Below, in pieces: positions 1-9,801 of a stretch of DNA of 64,000 nucleotides; the stretch's first letter is position 1, and each line of letters begins with the position of its first letter. Made by a program: the position numbers and the translations under genes. The stretch comes from an uncultured Planctomycetota bacterium (lineage in GTDB: Bacteria; Planctomycetota; Planctomycetia; Pirellulales; Lacipirellulaceae): contig CAVRBU010000005.1 in NCBI GenBank assembly GCA_963719315.1, positions 128,001 through 192,000 on the forward strand, in the 5' to 3' direction. The notes under the pieces are model-generated. The model saw only the letters and a list, made by a program, of their open reading frames with translations, ran no database searches and was not told the origin of the DNA.

Positions 1-206
1 ACGCGAACGTACAGCCGCCCTTCGCCGCGGATGTATTGCGTGGCAGCAACACGTCCGGCTTCGATCGTCTGGGCGCTCACCCAGCCGCCTTCGACTGCCT
101 GCAATCCGAACTCGCCAAAGACAACGCGCTGTCCGCGCGTGGCGTTACCTTTTATACGCCCTCTTTGGCTTTTTCGGTGCTTGACCCTCTTGGGCATCAG
201 CGCCAT
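1..206 (-). CDS. rplP: 50S ribosomal protein L16 (N-terminal part, runs off window)
   Basis: Manual translation from ATG at 206: MALMPKRVKHRKSQRGRIKGNATRG...; follows rpsC in S10 order. Confidence 0.93.
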   Translation of the reverse strand, partial: MALMPKRVKHRKSQRGRIKGNATRGQRVVFGEFGLQAVEGGWVSAQTIEAGRVAATQYIRGEGRLYVR

Positions 207-840
207 CGGTCTCGTCCTCGTACATGCCTTGGTTAATCCACACCTGGACGCCAATATGGCCCTGGGCCGTTTTGGCTTCCACAAAACCGTAATCGATTTT
301 CGCCCGCAACGTGCTCAGCGGAATCGACCCGGAGATTTGCTTCTCGCGTCGGGCCATTTCGGACCCGCCCAACCGGCCGGCCAATTGCACCTTGATGCCT
401 TTGGCCCCGGCTTCCATCGTTGTATCCAGCACGCGCTTCATCGTGCGGCGGAAACTGGCTCGCTTGGCGAGTTGCTCAGCGACTTCCTCGGCCACGAGAT
501 GCGCTTGCAACTCAGGACGCGTGATTTCCTCGATCTTGATGTTGATCCGCCGACCCACCAAGCTCTGCAATTCGTCTTGCAACTGATCGACCTGCTGGCC
601 CTTGCGACCGATGATTACGCCCGGCCGGGCCGCGTGAAGGACGACCTTCACTTCGTCCCGGGTCCGCTCGATCTCGATCTTGGGGATGCCGGCAAACTTG
701 TATTTCTCCGTGACGTACTTGCGGATCTTGTGATCTTCCAACAGCAACTCGGCAAACTCCTTCTTGGAAGCGTACCAGCGGCTCTTCCAGCCGATCATAA
801 TGCCGGTGCGAAAACTAACTGGATTGATCTTTTGACCCAT
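145..840 (-). CDS. rpsC: 30S ribosomal protein S3
   Basis: MGQKINP...GRLGGSEMARRE; S10 synteny. Confidence 0.98.
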   Translation of the reverse strand: MGQKINPVSFRTGIMIGWKSRWYASKKEFAELLLEDHKIRKYVTEKYKFAGIPKIEIERTRDEVKVVLHAARPGVIIGRKGQQVDQLQDELQSLVGRRINIKIEEITRPELQAHLVAEEVAEQLAKRASFRRTMKRVLDTTMEAGAKGIKVQLAGRLGGSEMARREKQISGSIPLSTLRAKIDYGFVEAKTAQGHIGVQVWINQGMYEDETDGADAQEGQAPKKPKRAYKR

Positions 841-853
841 GAGTGAACTTCCG

Positions 854-910
854 TTTAGCGCCGGCGGCTACGCCGGTTCAGATAGATTCGGCGTTGCCGC
901 CGACGCCAAA
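854..910. repeat. Intergenic REP-like palindrome (TTTAGCGCCGGCGGC...GCCGCCGACGCCAAA)
   Basis: Imperfect inverted repeat; related copy at 3652-3713. Confidence 0.7.
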
Positions 911-927
911 AGCTTTGTTTCTCCGTG

Positions 928-1254
928 CTACTCCACAGTAATACTAATATGTGCACTTCGCCGTGCCACGACGTGCGCCATGCCGCGGGCGCGGGGTCGC
1001 ATCCGCTTGAACATGGGTCCGCCATCGACTCGGGCGTCTTTCACCACGAGGCCGCCGACATTCGGGGCCCGCAAGTCTTCGGCGTTGCCAAGCGCGCTTC
1101 GAATCAACTTCTCGAGCATCCGCGCACCGCGTTGCGGCTGATAGCGTAGGATCGCGAGCGCATCATCGACTGCTTTGCCGCGAATCAAGTCCGCCAGCGG
1201 TCGCACCTTGCGGGCGCTGATCCGAGCATGCCTGTGTATTGCTTTGTAAGCCAT
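928..1254 (-). CDS. rplV: 50S ribosomal protein L22
   Basis: RISARKVR...KRMRPRARG motifs. Confidence 0.98.
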   Translation of the reverse strand: MAYKAIHRHARISARKVRPLADLIRGKAVDDALAILRYQPQRGARMLEKLIRSALGNAEDLRAPNVGGLVVKDARVDGGPMFKRMRPRARGMAHVVARRSAHISITVE

Positions 1255-1257
1255 GGA

Positions 1258-1560
1258 TTAACCCTTTGAAGGACCGCCCGCCGCGGCCGATTCCTTCTTG
1301 CCCTTGCCGCCGTGGCCGCGGAAGCTCCGCGTGGGAGCGAATTCGCCGAGGCGGTGACCGACCATGTCTTCGGTGACAAATACTTTCAAGTGCATTTTGC
1401 CGTTATGCACCATGAACGTGTGGCCAACGAATTCGGGGACAATCGTGCAGGCCCGCGCCCACGTGGTAATGGGATCTTTGATTCCGCGATCGTTCAACTT
1501 ATCGACCTTGCCGAACAGTTTCGCGTCGACGTACGGACCTTTTTTGAGTGAACGACCCAT
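1258..1560 (-). CDS. rpsS: 30S ribosomal protein S19
   Basis: MGRSLKKGP...[11 protein letters not shown]. Confidence 0.98.
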   Translation of the reverse strand: MGRSLKKGPYVDAKLFGKVDKLNDRGIKDPITTWARACTIVPEFVGHTFMVHNGKMHLKVFVTEDMVGHRLGEFAPTRSFRGHGGKGKKESAAAGGPSKG

Positions 1561-1566
1561 GTTTCA

Positions 1567-1656
1567 TTAGCTGTTAGCTGTTAGCTGTTAGCTGTTAGCC
1601 AGAATCAAGACCGATGCCTTTTCTGGCTAACAGCTAAAAGCTAAGAGCTAAGAGCT
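1567..1656. repeat. Inverted heptamer array, (TTAGCTG)n family
   Basis: (TTAGCTG)4-TTAGCCAGAA, loop, TTCTGGCTAACAGCTAAAAGCTAAGAGCTAAGAGCT. Confidence 0.9.
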
Positions 1657-1670
1657 TATCTCCTACTTAC

Positions 1671-2534
1671 CTACTTTGTTATCAGTTTCTGTACACCGTA
1701 GCGTCGACTGCGACGGCGGCGGACGATTGCTTGATTGGATGCTTTGCGGCGATCGCGCGTCATGCCGCCCTTGGCACTCTTGCCGGTCGGGCTCACGGGG
1801 TGACGGCCACCTTTGGTGCGACCTTCACCACCACCATGTGGATGGTCGATCGGGTTCATCGCCGTGCCGCGATTGTGGGGCTTGCGGCCCAACCAACGTC
1901 GGCGGCCCGCCTTGCCCCACACGATCGCGCTCTGATCGGGATTGCTGGTCGAACCGATCGTGGCCCGGCAGGCGGAGGGGATGCGACGAATTTCACCGCT
2001 GGGCAGCGAAATCTGCGCCCAACCACCTTCGCGAGCCATCAATGTTGCGCTCGTGCCGGCGCTGCGGCACAGCGTGCCGCCCCGGCCGGATTGCAACTCG
2101 ATGTTATGGATTTCCATCCCCAGCGGTATCTTGGTCAGCGGCAAGCAGTTGCCGACCGTCGGCGGGGCGTCGTCACCACTCACTACGGTGTCGCCAGCCT
2201 TCAAACCGTTCGGAGCGACGATGTAGCGCTTCTCGCCGTCCACGTAGTTCAAAAGCGCGATGCGGGCCGTGCGATTCGGATCGTATTGGATCGAATCGAC
2301 CTTGGCAGGAATGCCGTCTTTATTGCGGCGGAAGTCAATCAACCGAAAGCGGCGCTTGTGCCCACCGCCGCGGAACCGCGACGTGATGATACCTTGGTTA
2401 TTGCGGCCGCCCGTTTTCGTTTTGGAGCGCAGCAGCGATTTCTCCGGCTTGGCGCCCTTCGTCAACTCGGCGAAATCGCTGACGGTCGCGCCACGACGGC
2501 CCGGTGTGGTCGGATTGTATTTGCGGATACCCAT
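1671..2534 (-). CDS. rplB: 50S ribosomal protein L2
   Basis: [19 protein letters not shown] motifs. Confidence 0.99.
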   Translation of the reverse strand: MGIRKYNPTTPGRRGATVSDFAELTKGAKPEKSLLRSKTKTGGRNNQGIITSRFRGGGHKRRFRLIDFRRNKDGIPAKVDSIQYDPNRTARIALLNYVDGEKRYIVAPNGLKAGDTVVSGDDAPPTVGNCLPLTKIPLGMEIHNIELQSGRGGTLCRSAGTSATLMAREGGWAQISLPSGEIRRIPSACRATIGSTSNPDQSAIVWGKAGRRRWLGRKPHNRGTAMNPIDHPHGGGEGRTKGGRHPVSPTGKSAKGGMTRDRRKASNQAIVRRRRSRRYGVQKLITK

Positions 2535-2538
2535 GTTT

Positions 2539-2609
2539 GGAGTCGAGAGCTAAGAGTCAAGGGCCGAGGGCCAGAATTCTGGCACTAGACCCTCAACCCT
2601 GGACCCTCG
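2539..2609. repeat. Inverted heptamer array, (GAGTCGA/GGGTCAA)n family
   Basis: GAGTCGAGAGCTAAGAGTCAAGGGCCGAGG-GCCAGAATTCTGGC-ACTAGACCCTCAACCCTGGACCCTCG. Confidence 0.8.
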
Positions 2610-2615
2610 TCCTTC

Positions 2616-2930
2616 CTAGAAGAAATCAATCCTGTGTTCTTTATCCAACGTCACGATCGCCTTTTTCCACGAGGCTGTGCGAGCAAAGTGAACTCCCGAT
2701 TTGCGGGGTTTGCCTTTGCGAGTCTGCGTGTGCACGCTCACCACGGTTACGCTAAACAGTTCATGCACGGCACGGCGAACATCGGCCTTCGTCGCCAGGC
2801 GATGGACCTCGAAGGCGTATGCATTGTTCCGCGTCGAGCGGTGCATACCCTTTTCCGTCACCAACGGCCGCAAGATGATCTGATGCGGCTCGAGGAAGAT
2901 CGATGTCGTTTGTGGGATGGCACGTGGCAT
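2616..2930 (-). CDS. rplW: 50S ribosomal protein L23
   Basis: PLVTEK...WKKAIVTL. Confidence 0.97.
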   Translation of the reverse strand: MPRAIPQTTSIFLEPHQIILRPLVTEKGMHRSTRNNAYAFEVHRLATKADVRRAVHELFSVTVVSVHTQTRKGKPRKSGVHFARTASWKKAIVTLDKEHRIDFF

Positions 2931-2967
2931 GTGTTATTCGTTCAATTCGGTGGGGGCAAATCGGAGA

Positions 2968-3633
2968 CTACGCCTTGGAAGCGATTTCCGCTTCGCCCTT
3001 GTTTTTCTTGGCTGCTTCAACGAGCGAATCCAACGCGGCTTTCGTGACCAACAACCGCCGCGACGACAACACATTCAACGCATTGAGCTCGGCGGCCGGA
3101 GCGACTGAAATACCAGCGATGTTGCGGGCGCTGCGGTACACATTGGCGTCGTGCCTCGCGGTGGTCACCAACAGCGAATCGCCTGGCTTGTAATCCAGGT
3201 GATTGAGTATGGCCACCATGTCCTTGGTGCGCGGTTCGCCAATCGCCAAATCGTCGATAACGATCAATTCATCGTCCCGCACCTTGGCGGCCAACGCCAT
3301 GCGCGTGGCCGCCTGCAGCGCTTTCCGCGGCAAACGGTAAGAGTAATCGCGATTGTGAATCCGGTGGATGTGCCCGCCGCCGCGACGGATGCCGCTCCGC
3401 TTCGAGCCGGCCCGAGCGTTGCCCGTGCCCTTCTGGCGATACATTTTCTTGGTCGAACCGGCCACGCGGCCACGCGACTTCGTCTGGTGCGAACCTTGCC
3501 GCAGATTCGTCTGGTACATGACGACTGCGTCGTGCAGCAACTGCTTATTGATGCGCAGAGCGAAATCGGTGGGTTCGACGTTGTACGTCCCCACTTTCTT
3601 TCCTTTGCGATCGTAGATGGTAAGCTTGGGCAT
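2968..3633 (-). CDS. rplD: 50S ribosomal protein L4
   Basis: QKGTGNARAG motif. Confidence 0.98.
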   Translation of the reverse strand: MPKLTIYDRKGKKVGTYNVEPTDFALRINKQLLHDAVVMYQTNLRQGSHQTKSRGRVAGSTKKMYRQKGTGNARAGSKRSGIRRGGGHIHRIHNRDYSYRLPRKALQAATRMALAAKVRDDELIVIDDLAIGEPRTKDMVAILNHLDYKPGDSLLVTTARHDANVYRSARNIAGISVAPAAELNALNVLSSRRLLVTKAALDSLVEAAKKNKGEAEIASKA

Positions 3634-3651
3634 GTTACGTTTTGGGAGGCC

Positions 3652-3713
3652 TTTAGCGTCGTCGGCAGCGCCGAATTTGTTCGTTGCAGTCCGGCATTAT
3701 CGCCGACGCTAAA
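3652..3713. repeat. Intergenic REP-like palindrome (same family as 854-910)
   Basis: TTTAGCGTCGTCGGCAGCGCCG...CGGCATTATCGCCGACGCTAAA. Confidence 0.7.
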
Positions 3714-3716
3714 CTC

Positions 3717-4406
3717 TTACTTCACCATGTTCGTTGCACGTATCACGATATAACCGCCGACGGGGCCCGGCACTGCGCCACAAATCAGAAGCAAATTGTT
3801 TTCGGTATCCACCTTTAAGACCTTCTGGTTGCGGACCGTCTTGGTGACGTTGCCGTGTTGGCCCGGCATCCGCTTGCCTTTGACGACGCGGCTGGGGAAG
3901 GCGCTGGCGCCCGTACCGCCGAGTGCGCGGTGACACTTCTTTACGCCGTGCGTGGCCCGTTGGCCGGAGAAATTGTGCCGACGAATCGCGCCGGAAAAGC
4001 CGCGGCCTTTGCAAATTGCCGTGACATCAACAGACTTTACGTCGGCTAGCGTATCGATTTTGACCTGGCCGCCGACGGCCAATTCGCCGGCTGGACCGCG
4101 GATTTCGCGGACAAAACGCTTCGGCTCGCAGCCGGCCTTGGCCAGCAATTCGACGCCGCCTGCCGATCGCTTTTTGGATCGCTTGCTGTCGAGCTTGGCA
4201 ACATGACCACGTACACTTCGGCCAGCTAAGCGGCGGGGCTTATCGGCGAAGCCCAATTGTACGGCCTCGTACCCATCTCGTTCGACGGTGCGGAGTTGCA
4301 GCACGTCGCACGGGCCGGCCTGGATGACCGTCACCGGGACTACCTGCCCAGCCTCGTCGTAGAGCTGCGTCATCCCGACCTTGCGGCCGAGTATTCCAAT
4401 TGCCAT
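3717..4406 (-). CDS. rplC: 50S ribosomal protein L3
   Basis: GRKVGMTQ, KGRGFSG, GAVPG motifs. Confidence 0.98.
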   Translation of the reverse strand: MAIGILGRKVGMTQLYDEAGQVVPVTVIQAGPCDVLQLRTVERDGYEAVQLGFADKPRRLAGRSVRGHVAKLDSKRSKKRSAGGVELLAKAGCEPKRFVREIRGPAGELAVGGQVKIDTLADVKSVDVTAICKGRGFSGAIRRHNFSGQRATHGVKKCHRALGGTGASAFPSRVVKGKRMPGQHGNVTKTVRNQKVLKVDTENNLLLICGAVPGPVGGYIVIRATNMVK

Positions 4407-4496
4407 CGGAGTGTACCTTTGGTCATTTGCCCCGCGGGAGACACGCGATCTAATCTCGCGCCTTACCCGCTTGGCATCCGGTCATGTCTTCGCTTT

Positions 4497-4551
4497 TGTT
4501 TGTCAGTCGTCAGTGGTCCGTGGCTGATTTGCAACGGACAACGGACTACGA
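4497..4551. repeat. Inverted heptamer array, (GTCAGTG/CAACGGA)n family
   Basis: TGTCAGTCGTCAGTGGTCCGTGGC...GCAACGGACAACGGACTACG just after the rpsJ stop. Confidence 0.65.
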
Positions 4552-4554
4552 TCC

Positions 4555-4878
4555 TCAACCGCTCGTCGCTTTGATTTTGATATCCACCCCGGCCGGCAGG
4601 CTCAACTTGTTGAGCGCTTCGATCGTTTTGGCCGTGGCCTGGACGATATCGATCAGCCGCTTGTGCGTGCGGATTTCGAACTGCTGCCGGGATTTCTTGT
4701 CCACATGCGGGCTGCGGAGCACCGTGTAGCGCTCAATTCGCGTCGGCAACGGGATCGGCCCATGCACGATCGAATTGGTCCGCTTGGCCGTATCGACAAT
4801 CTCCGCCGCGCTTTGATCCAGCACCGAGTGGTCGTACGCTTCCATGCGGATGCGAATAATTTCCTTTGAAGTTGCCAC
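4555..4878 (-). CDS. rpsJ: 30S ribosomal protein S10
   Basis: [10 protein letters not shown]...GPIPLPT...[12 protein letters not shown] start at 4878 inferred. Confidence 0.97.
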   Translation of the reverse strand: MATSKEIIRIRMEAYDHSVLDQSAAEIVDTAKRTNSIVHGPIPLPTRIERYTVLRSPHVDKKSRQQFEIRTHKRLIDIVQATAKTIEALNKLSLPAGVDIKIKATSG

Positions 4879-4992
4879 GTATGAACTTCCCTCAGCCGCC
4901 ACCGGCACCAGTTATCAAACAGCCCAAAATCCGCTTCCCCGGCGGCATTAAGCGCAATCGCCTTCGCCGCGCAATCTCATGGGGAACTGGTG

Positions 4993-5022
4993 ATGATACC
5001 GCTCGCAGAGAAACACTGTCAA
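4993..5022 (-). promoter_or_regulatory. Putative sigma70 promoter of the S10 operon
   Basis: TTGACA-18 nt-TATCAT on the minus strand. Confidence 0.6.
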
Positions 5023-5072
5023 CGCCATCGATTGTGGATCCACAGGAATTTCTTTCCTGGTTTGCAACGGCG

Positions 5073-5154
5073 GGGGTGGCTGGGGTCAAGTCCGCCGCGG
5101 CGGAGGAGCCCCCAGCGTGCCGGTGCTCGGAAGTCCTCCGACCCCAGCTGCCCT
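5073..5154. repeat. REP-like palindrome (GGGTGGCTGGGGTC...GACCCCAGCTGCCC)
   Basis: Related copy at 63110-63180. Confidence 0.65.
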
Positions 5155-5190
5155 TACCATATCGAGCAAAGATTTTCTGGATAAGAACCA

Positions 5191-5229
5191 TTGACCGCGA
5201 CGAACTAGTGTATTACTATACCAATACAC
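5191..5229 (+). promoter_or_regulatory. Promoter with overlapping YtrA-type GntR operator
   Basis: TTGACC-17-TACTAT; palindrome GTGTATT-N8-AATACAC (5208-5229) abutting the ATG. Confidence 0.7.
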
Positions 5230-5625
5230 ATGGCCGACGCACCTACTCTTTTCGAGATCAATCCAAATTCCGGTGTGCCGATTTACCGGCAAATCGTGGA
5301 TCAGGTCCAAGCCCTGGTCACCGGCGGCCTGCTTCGTGAGGGCGATCTTCTTCCCAGCGTCCGGCAAGTGGCGCAAGAGGCGGCCATTAATCCAATGACG
5401 GTCAGCAAGGCCTACTCGCGGCTGGAGGCCGAGGGCGTTGTCCGCCGAGCCCGCGGTCTGGGGATGCAGGTTCTTCCGCCGTCCCAAAACGGATCGCTCG
5501 ATGCACGGAAACAGCAATTCCGTGAAACGATTGAGCCGGCGCTTCAGCGTGCCCGGCAACTGGGCCTCAACCCGAAGCAAATCCGGGAAGTCATATCCTC
5601 CCTTATACAGGATCAACAACCATGA
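5230..5625 (+). CDS. GntR (YtrA subfamily) transcriptional regulator
   Basis: PIYRQI...LPSVRQVA...INPMTVSKAY wHTH; short C-terminus; precedes an ABC ATPase. Confidence 0.93.
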   Translation: MADAPTLFEINPNSGVPIYRQIVDQVQALVTGGLLREGDLLPSVRQVAQEAAINPMTVSKAYSRLEAEGVVRRARGLGMQVLPPSQNGSLDARKQQFRETIEPALQRARQLGLNPKQIREVISSLIQDQQP

Positions 5626-6512
5626 ACGATGCTGTGCTCCGCGCCGACCGCTTGCGAAAAAGCTTCGGCGGAAAAGAAGTGCTGCGGGGCGTCGACCTCG
5701 CCATTGAACCGGGCACGGTCCTCGGCCTGTTGGGCGCCAACGGCAGCGGCAAGACAACGCTCATCAAATGCGCGCTAGGCCTGTTGCGTGCGACCTCGGG
5801 CAGCGTCACGGTGCTCGGCGAAGATTCATGGAATCTTTCGGGGACGGCAAAAGCGCGGCTCGGCTACGTCCCGCAGGAAGTGACGAGCTATCCTTGGATG
5901 CGTGTCAGACAGGTAATCGCCTACACGGCTGCGTTCTACGAGCGATGGAACCACGAGTTCGTCGCCACGCTGTGCGAGCGGTGGCACGTGCCGCTCGAAG
6001 ACCGCGTCGGCGCGCTCTCTACCGGCCAACTACAAACGGTGGGGATCGTTTTGGCGCTTGGCCATCAGCCCGAACTGCTGGTGCTGGATGAACCGGTGGC
6101 CAGCCTCGACCCCTCGGCCCGGCGGCAGTTCTTGCGGACGCTCCTGGAGCTGCTGCAGGACCAGAAGCAATCGATCCTGTTCAGTACGCACATCACGAGC
6201 GATCTGGAGCGAGTGGCCGAACGGGTTGCAATCTTGGGCGACGGCAAAATCCGCTTCCACGGCGAGTTGGGTGAGCTCAAAGACCGCGTCAAACGCCTGC
6301 GAATCACGGCCCGGCGCGATCTGCCGGCCAGTTTCGCCGTGCCCGGCGCGTTGCGGTGCGAAGTGGTCGGGGCACATGCCACGGTGAGCGTGGCCGATTT
6401 CGACGAACGGCTCGTCGCCCAAATGCGCCACACCTGGAACGCCGATGTGTCGGTGAATGACCTCAACCTCGAAGAAATCTTTTTGGAGATGCACGATGGC
6501 GCTGCAAATTGA
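5622..6512 (+). CDS. ABC transporter ATP-binding protein (YtrB-like)
   Basis: Walker A GANGSGKT, LSTGQ signature, LLVLDEP. Confidence 0.95.
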   Translation: MNDAVLRADRLRKSFGGKEVLRGVDLAIEPGTVLGLLGANGSGKTTLIKCALGLLRATSGSVTVLGEDSWNLSGTAKARLGYVPQEVTSYPWMRVRQVIAYTAAFYERWNHEFVATLCERWHVPLEDRVGALSTGQLQTVGIVLALGHQPELLVLDEPVASLDPSARRQFLRTLLELLQDQKQSILFSTHITSDLERVAERVAILGDGKIRFHGELGELKDRVKRLRITARRDLPASFAVPGALRCEVVGAHATVSVADFDERLVAQMRHTWNADVSVNDLNLEEIFLEMHDGAAN

Positions 6513-6765
6513 ATCGACTTCTTTCAGCGACCGGCTGAGTTCGCTCGAAGCGTGGATTTGGCCGATGACGGCCGCTATTGTGGTCGGCGGCGCGCTCGTG
6601 TTTTCGAGCTTGGTCGGCCTGTTTTGGCTGGCGGCTCACCCGGTTCAACAATCGACAGTGATCTGGGTGCAACCGCCAACGAGCGCCGCATCCGCCGAAG
6701 AACAACCTGTCGCGGCGAACGCGACCACTGCGCTGGAGAATCGCGACGATGCTCGAACAAATTAA
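6496..6765 (+). CDS. Small single-pass membrane protein
   Basis: ATG after GGAG; one hydrophobic helix; overlaps both neighbours. Confidence 0.6.
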   Translation: MALQIESTSFSDRLSSLEAWIWPMTAAIVVGGALVFSSLVGLFWLAAHPVQQSTVIWVQPPTSAASAEEQPVAANATTALENRDDARTN

Positions 6766-8148
6766 GCAAGTCGGCATGACGTACGTGACGCAGCGCTACC
6801 TGTGGTGGGGGCTCGGGCTCTTGAGCCTCATGTGGCTGCCCAATTTCATACTCGTGGTGGGCAGGCGTCCAGGGGTGGATGCCGCGTCACCGATGTTGTT
6901 CGCGATTGGCATGCCGATGTTTATCTTGCTGCCATTTCTGGTTGGCCAAATCAAAATGCAGTTCGGCCATTCGCGCGCTCGATTGATGCCGCAGTTTTTT
7001 CCGGCGCACCTCGTCGTATTAGGCAGCATTTTGCTGACGGCGTTCCTGCTCTATCCGTGGCTCTTGGCTAGTTTATCCAGAGTAGAGCCGCTAGGGCTGA
7101 TCGCGCTGGCACTGGCCATCGGCGTGCCGGCTATATGGGGCGTGCATCTAAATCGCTTTTCCGCAACGCTGATCTCGCTCGGAGTATTTTACAGTTTGCT
7201 CACCGACTGGGGTCTCCATTGGTGGATCATTGATGCCTCCTCGCACCGGGGAGTGCACGTACTCCTCGTCGCGGCTGGAGTGTTTCTTGCAATTGCCTGG
7301 CTATGGCGACTTTGCGAACTAACGGAGGAAATGCCCGACTACCAAAACATGTATGCGCTCATGCTGGCTCGTCGCACCGGCTCCGAAGCGATCGAACAAC
7401 GCCGCATCGTGGCCGCGCAGGTTCGGCGCAATCAGTTGCTCGCCAGGGTCGGTGACTGGTGGTTTGACCGGTTAGGCGGCTACTACGGCGGCAGCAAAGC
7501 TGGCCTGGCTCGGATCTTGCGCTACGGCTTTGCGGCGAACCCGATCGAAGTGCAGGCTCTGTACATGGTGGTCATGATCATCGCGGTCGGCCTGTTCTTG
7601 AGCAGATTCAGTATCCTCGCGAAAGCGGGCGCCAACTTTGCGCGCTGTTTTTCTTTATTCAATTCTCTGTTCTCCTTCCCGCCCAAACCGCGGGCGAGAT
7701 GATGGCTCAACGGCGGCCACGAATCTCTTGGGAAATGCTGCTTCCCATATCGCGATCCCAATTGATCGACGGACTATTCGCCGCGTCGATTCGCAATGCA
7801 TTTACCTTGTGGATAATGATGAACGGCGCGCTTTTGGTCGTAATTAGTCTGATGGAAAATCAAATATCGCCGGGATCGCTGGGCATGTTTCTGTTGATGT
7901 CCGCCTCGACGATGTTTGCCGCATTGGGTGTAGCGTTGCGAATTGCGGTTTGGCCATCGATGGCCAAGCGGCTGACCGTATTGTTCGTCAGTTGTATCGT
8001 TTTCCTCGGGCCGATGGTGGCGTGGTGGAATTTACGGGAAACGGTCGGCGATTGGCCATTCGCTGTGGCAGCCCTAGTTGTGGTCGTGCTAGGCGCCGGA
8101 TTGATCTACGAAGCCCGCCGGGCGTGGCTGCGGCTCGAAGCCGGATAG
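6749..8148 (+). CDS. ABC-2-type permease-like membrane protein, frameshift near 7640
   Basis: Multi-TM; shifted frame ALFFFIQFSVLLPAQTAGEMMAQ joins ORF 7699-8148. Confidence 0.7.
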
Positions 8149-8241
8149 CTCGATAAGACTCAAAAGCCATAGCCGCGGTGCTACGGTCGCCGCGGCGACC
8201 CGTGCCCTGCGGCGCGTAGCATCCCGGCTATAATAGAGTTT

Positions 8242-9456
8242 ATGAAACTCCTCCGCGTCCACCAAAAACTGGTCTCGAACCCGATCGCAGATATTCGCGC
8301 AGCTGTGCGCGAGCAACTCGATGGGCTGGGACTGAAAGTGCCGCAAGGCGATGTCGGCATCACCGCCGGCAGCCGTGGCATTGCCAATATCGCGGCCATC
8401 ACGCACGCGGCCGGCGATTGGCTTCGCGACCACGGAGCCCGACCGTTTCTATTCCCCGCGATGGGCTCTCACAACGGCGGCACCGCCGAAGGGCAGCGGG
8501 CGATGATCGAATCGCTCGGCCTCACGGAGCAAGCGATGGGCATGCCAATCCGCGCATCGATGGACGTCGCGAAGCTCGGCACCGTTTCGACCGGCGACGT
8601 CTGGATGGACCGCATCGCTTTCGAGTCGGACGGCGTGCTCGTCTTGAATCGCGTCAAGCTCCACACCTGCTTCTCCGGGCCGGTGCAGAGCGGGCTTACG
8701 AAGATGATGGTCGTCGGCATGGGCAAAACGCCTTCCGCCACCACGTTCCACTCCGCCCCCACGCCGCAGATGAAAGAGATGTTGCTGGAGATGGGCCAGG
8801 TCGTGCTGGACTCCGGCAAGATTTGGGCCGGACTCGCGATTCTCGAAGACGGCTACGACCAAACGGCCGAGCTACACGCTGTGCGACCAGCCGATATCCT
8901 GCGACGCGAGCCCGAACTCGTCGAACGGCATCGCCACTATTTCCCGCGACTACCGCTCGACCACATCAACGTGCTGGTGGTCGATGCGATCGGCAAGACG
9001 TTCAGCGGCACGGGGATGGATACGAATGTCATCGGCTACCGCGGCGTGCGCGATGGCGAGGACCTCACCAAACCGGTCATTCACCAGATTGCGGCCCTAT
9101 CGCTGGCCGAGGCATCGCACGGCAACGCGATCGGCGTCGGCCTCGCCGACTTCATCACTCGCCGCCTCCGCGACGCCATCGACGAGCAAAAGACGTTCCT
9201 CAATACCTTCACCACCGGCCACATGGGCCGGGCAAAAATCCCGGTCGCGCTCCGCGATGATGAAGCGCTCTTTCAGATACTCGTAGAGCGGTACGGCGAG
9301 CAAGGCTGGCTCATCATCCCCAACACGTTGCACCTGGAAACCCTGTACGCCAGCCCCGATTTGCGCGATTCGCTGGAAGCCAATCCGATCTGCTCAATTG
9401 ATTCGGAGCCTGTGGAACTGACATTCAAGGAAGGTCGGCAGCAGTTGGTCTTTTAG
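8242..9456 (+). CDS. LarA/lactate-racemase-domain (DUF2088/DUF362-like) protein
   Basis: GSRGIANI, PAMGSHNGG, NRVKLHT, GKTFSGTGMDTNVIG motifs. Confidence 0.8.
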   Translation: MKLLRVHQKLVSNPIADIRAAVREQLDGLGLKVPQGDVGITAGSRGIANIAAITHAAGDWLRDHGARPFLFPAMGSHNGGTAEGQRAMIESLGLTEQAMGMPIRASMDVAKLGTVSTGDVWMDRIAFESDGVLVLNRVKLHTCFSGPVQSGLTKMMVVGMGKTPSATTFHSAPTPQMKEMLLEMGQVVLDSGKIWAGLAILEDGYDQTAELHAVRPADILRREPELVERHRHYFPRLPLDHINVLVVDAIGKTFSGTGMDTNVIGYRGVRDGEDLTKPVIHQIAALSLAEASHGNAIGVGLADFITRRLRDAIDEQKTFLNTFTTGHMGRAKIPVALRDDEALFQILVERYGEQGWLIIPNTLHLETLYASPDLRDSLEANPICSIDSEPVELTFKEGRQQLVF

Positions 9457-9801
9457 AGGTTGGCCCAGAGAGTCCAATTTTCCGTGGCTACAAACGGCTC
9501 GGCTGTCGCCACACTGACCTCCACTCCGGCAGGGATGGATGCCAGCGGGAGCAGTGGAGCGACTATTGTTTGTTTCGTTGCGGGACGACTTCTATGCTGG
9601 GAAAGCCGCCCAAAGGTGAAAAAAACGGGCGGCCCACCAGAAAAAATCCCTGAAACTATCGCCGATTAGGTTGACTTTTTGTCCCACCCGGATTAGGCTC
9701 GCTTTTGGAACCGGTGAGGGGGCAATCGGTAAGTAGGTGCCGGCACCGTCGGCGCTCCGAGTTTCTTCTCTTCAGGCCCGTGGCCAAAGGAGTCGCTAAT
9801 C

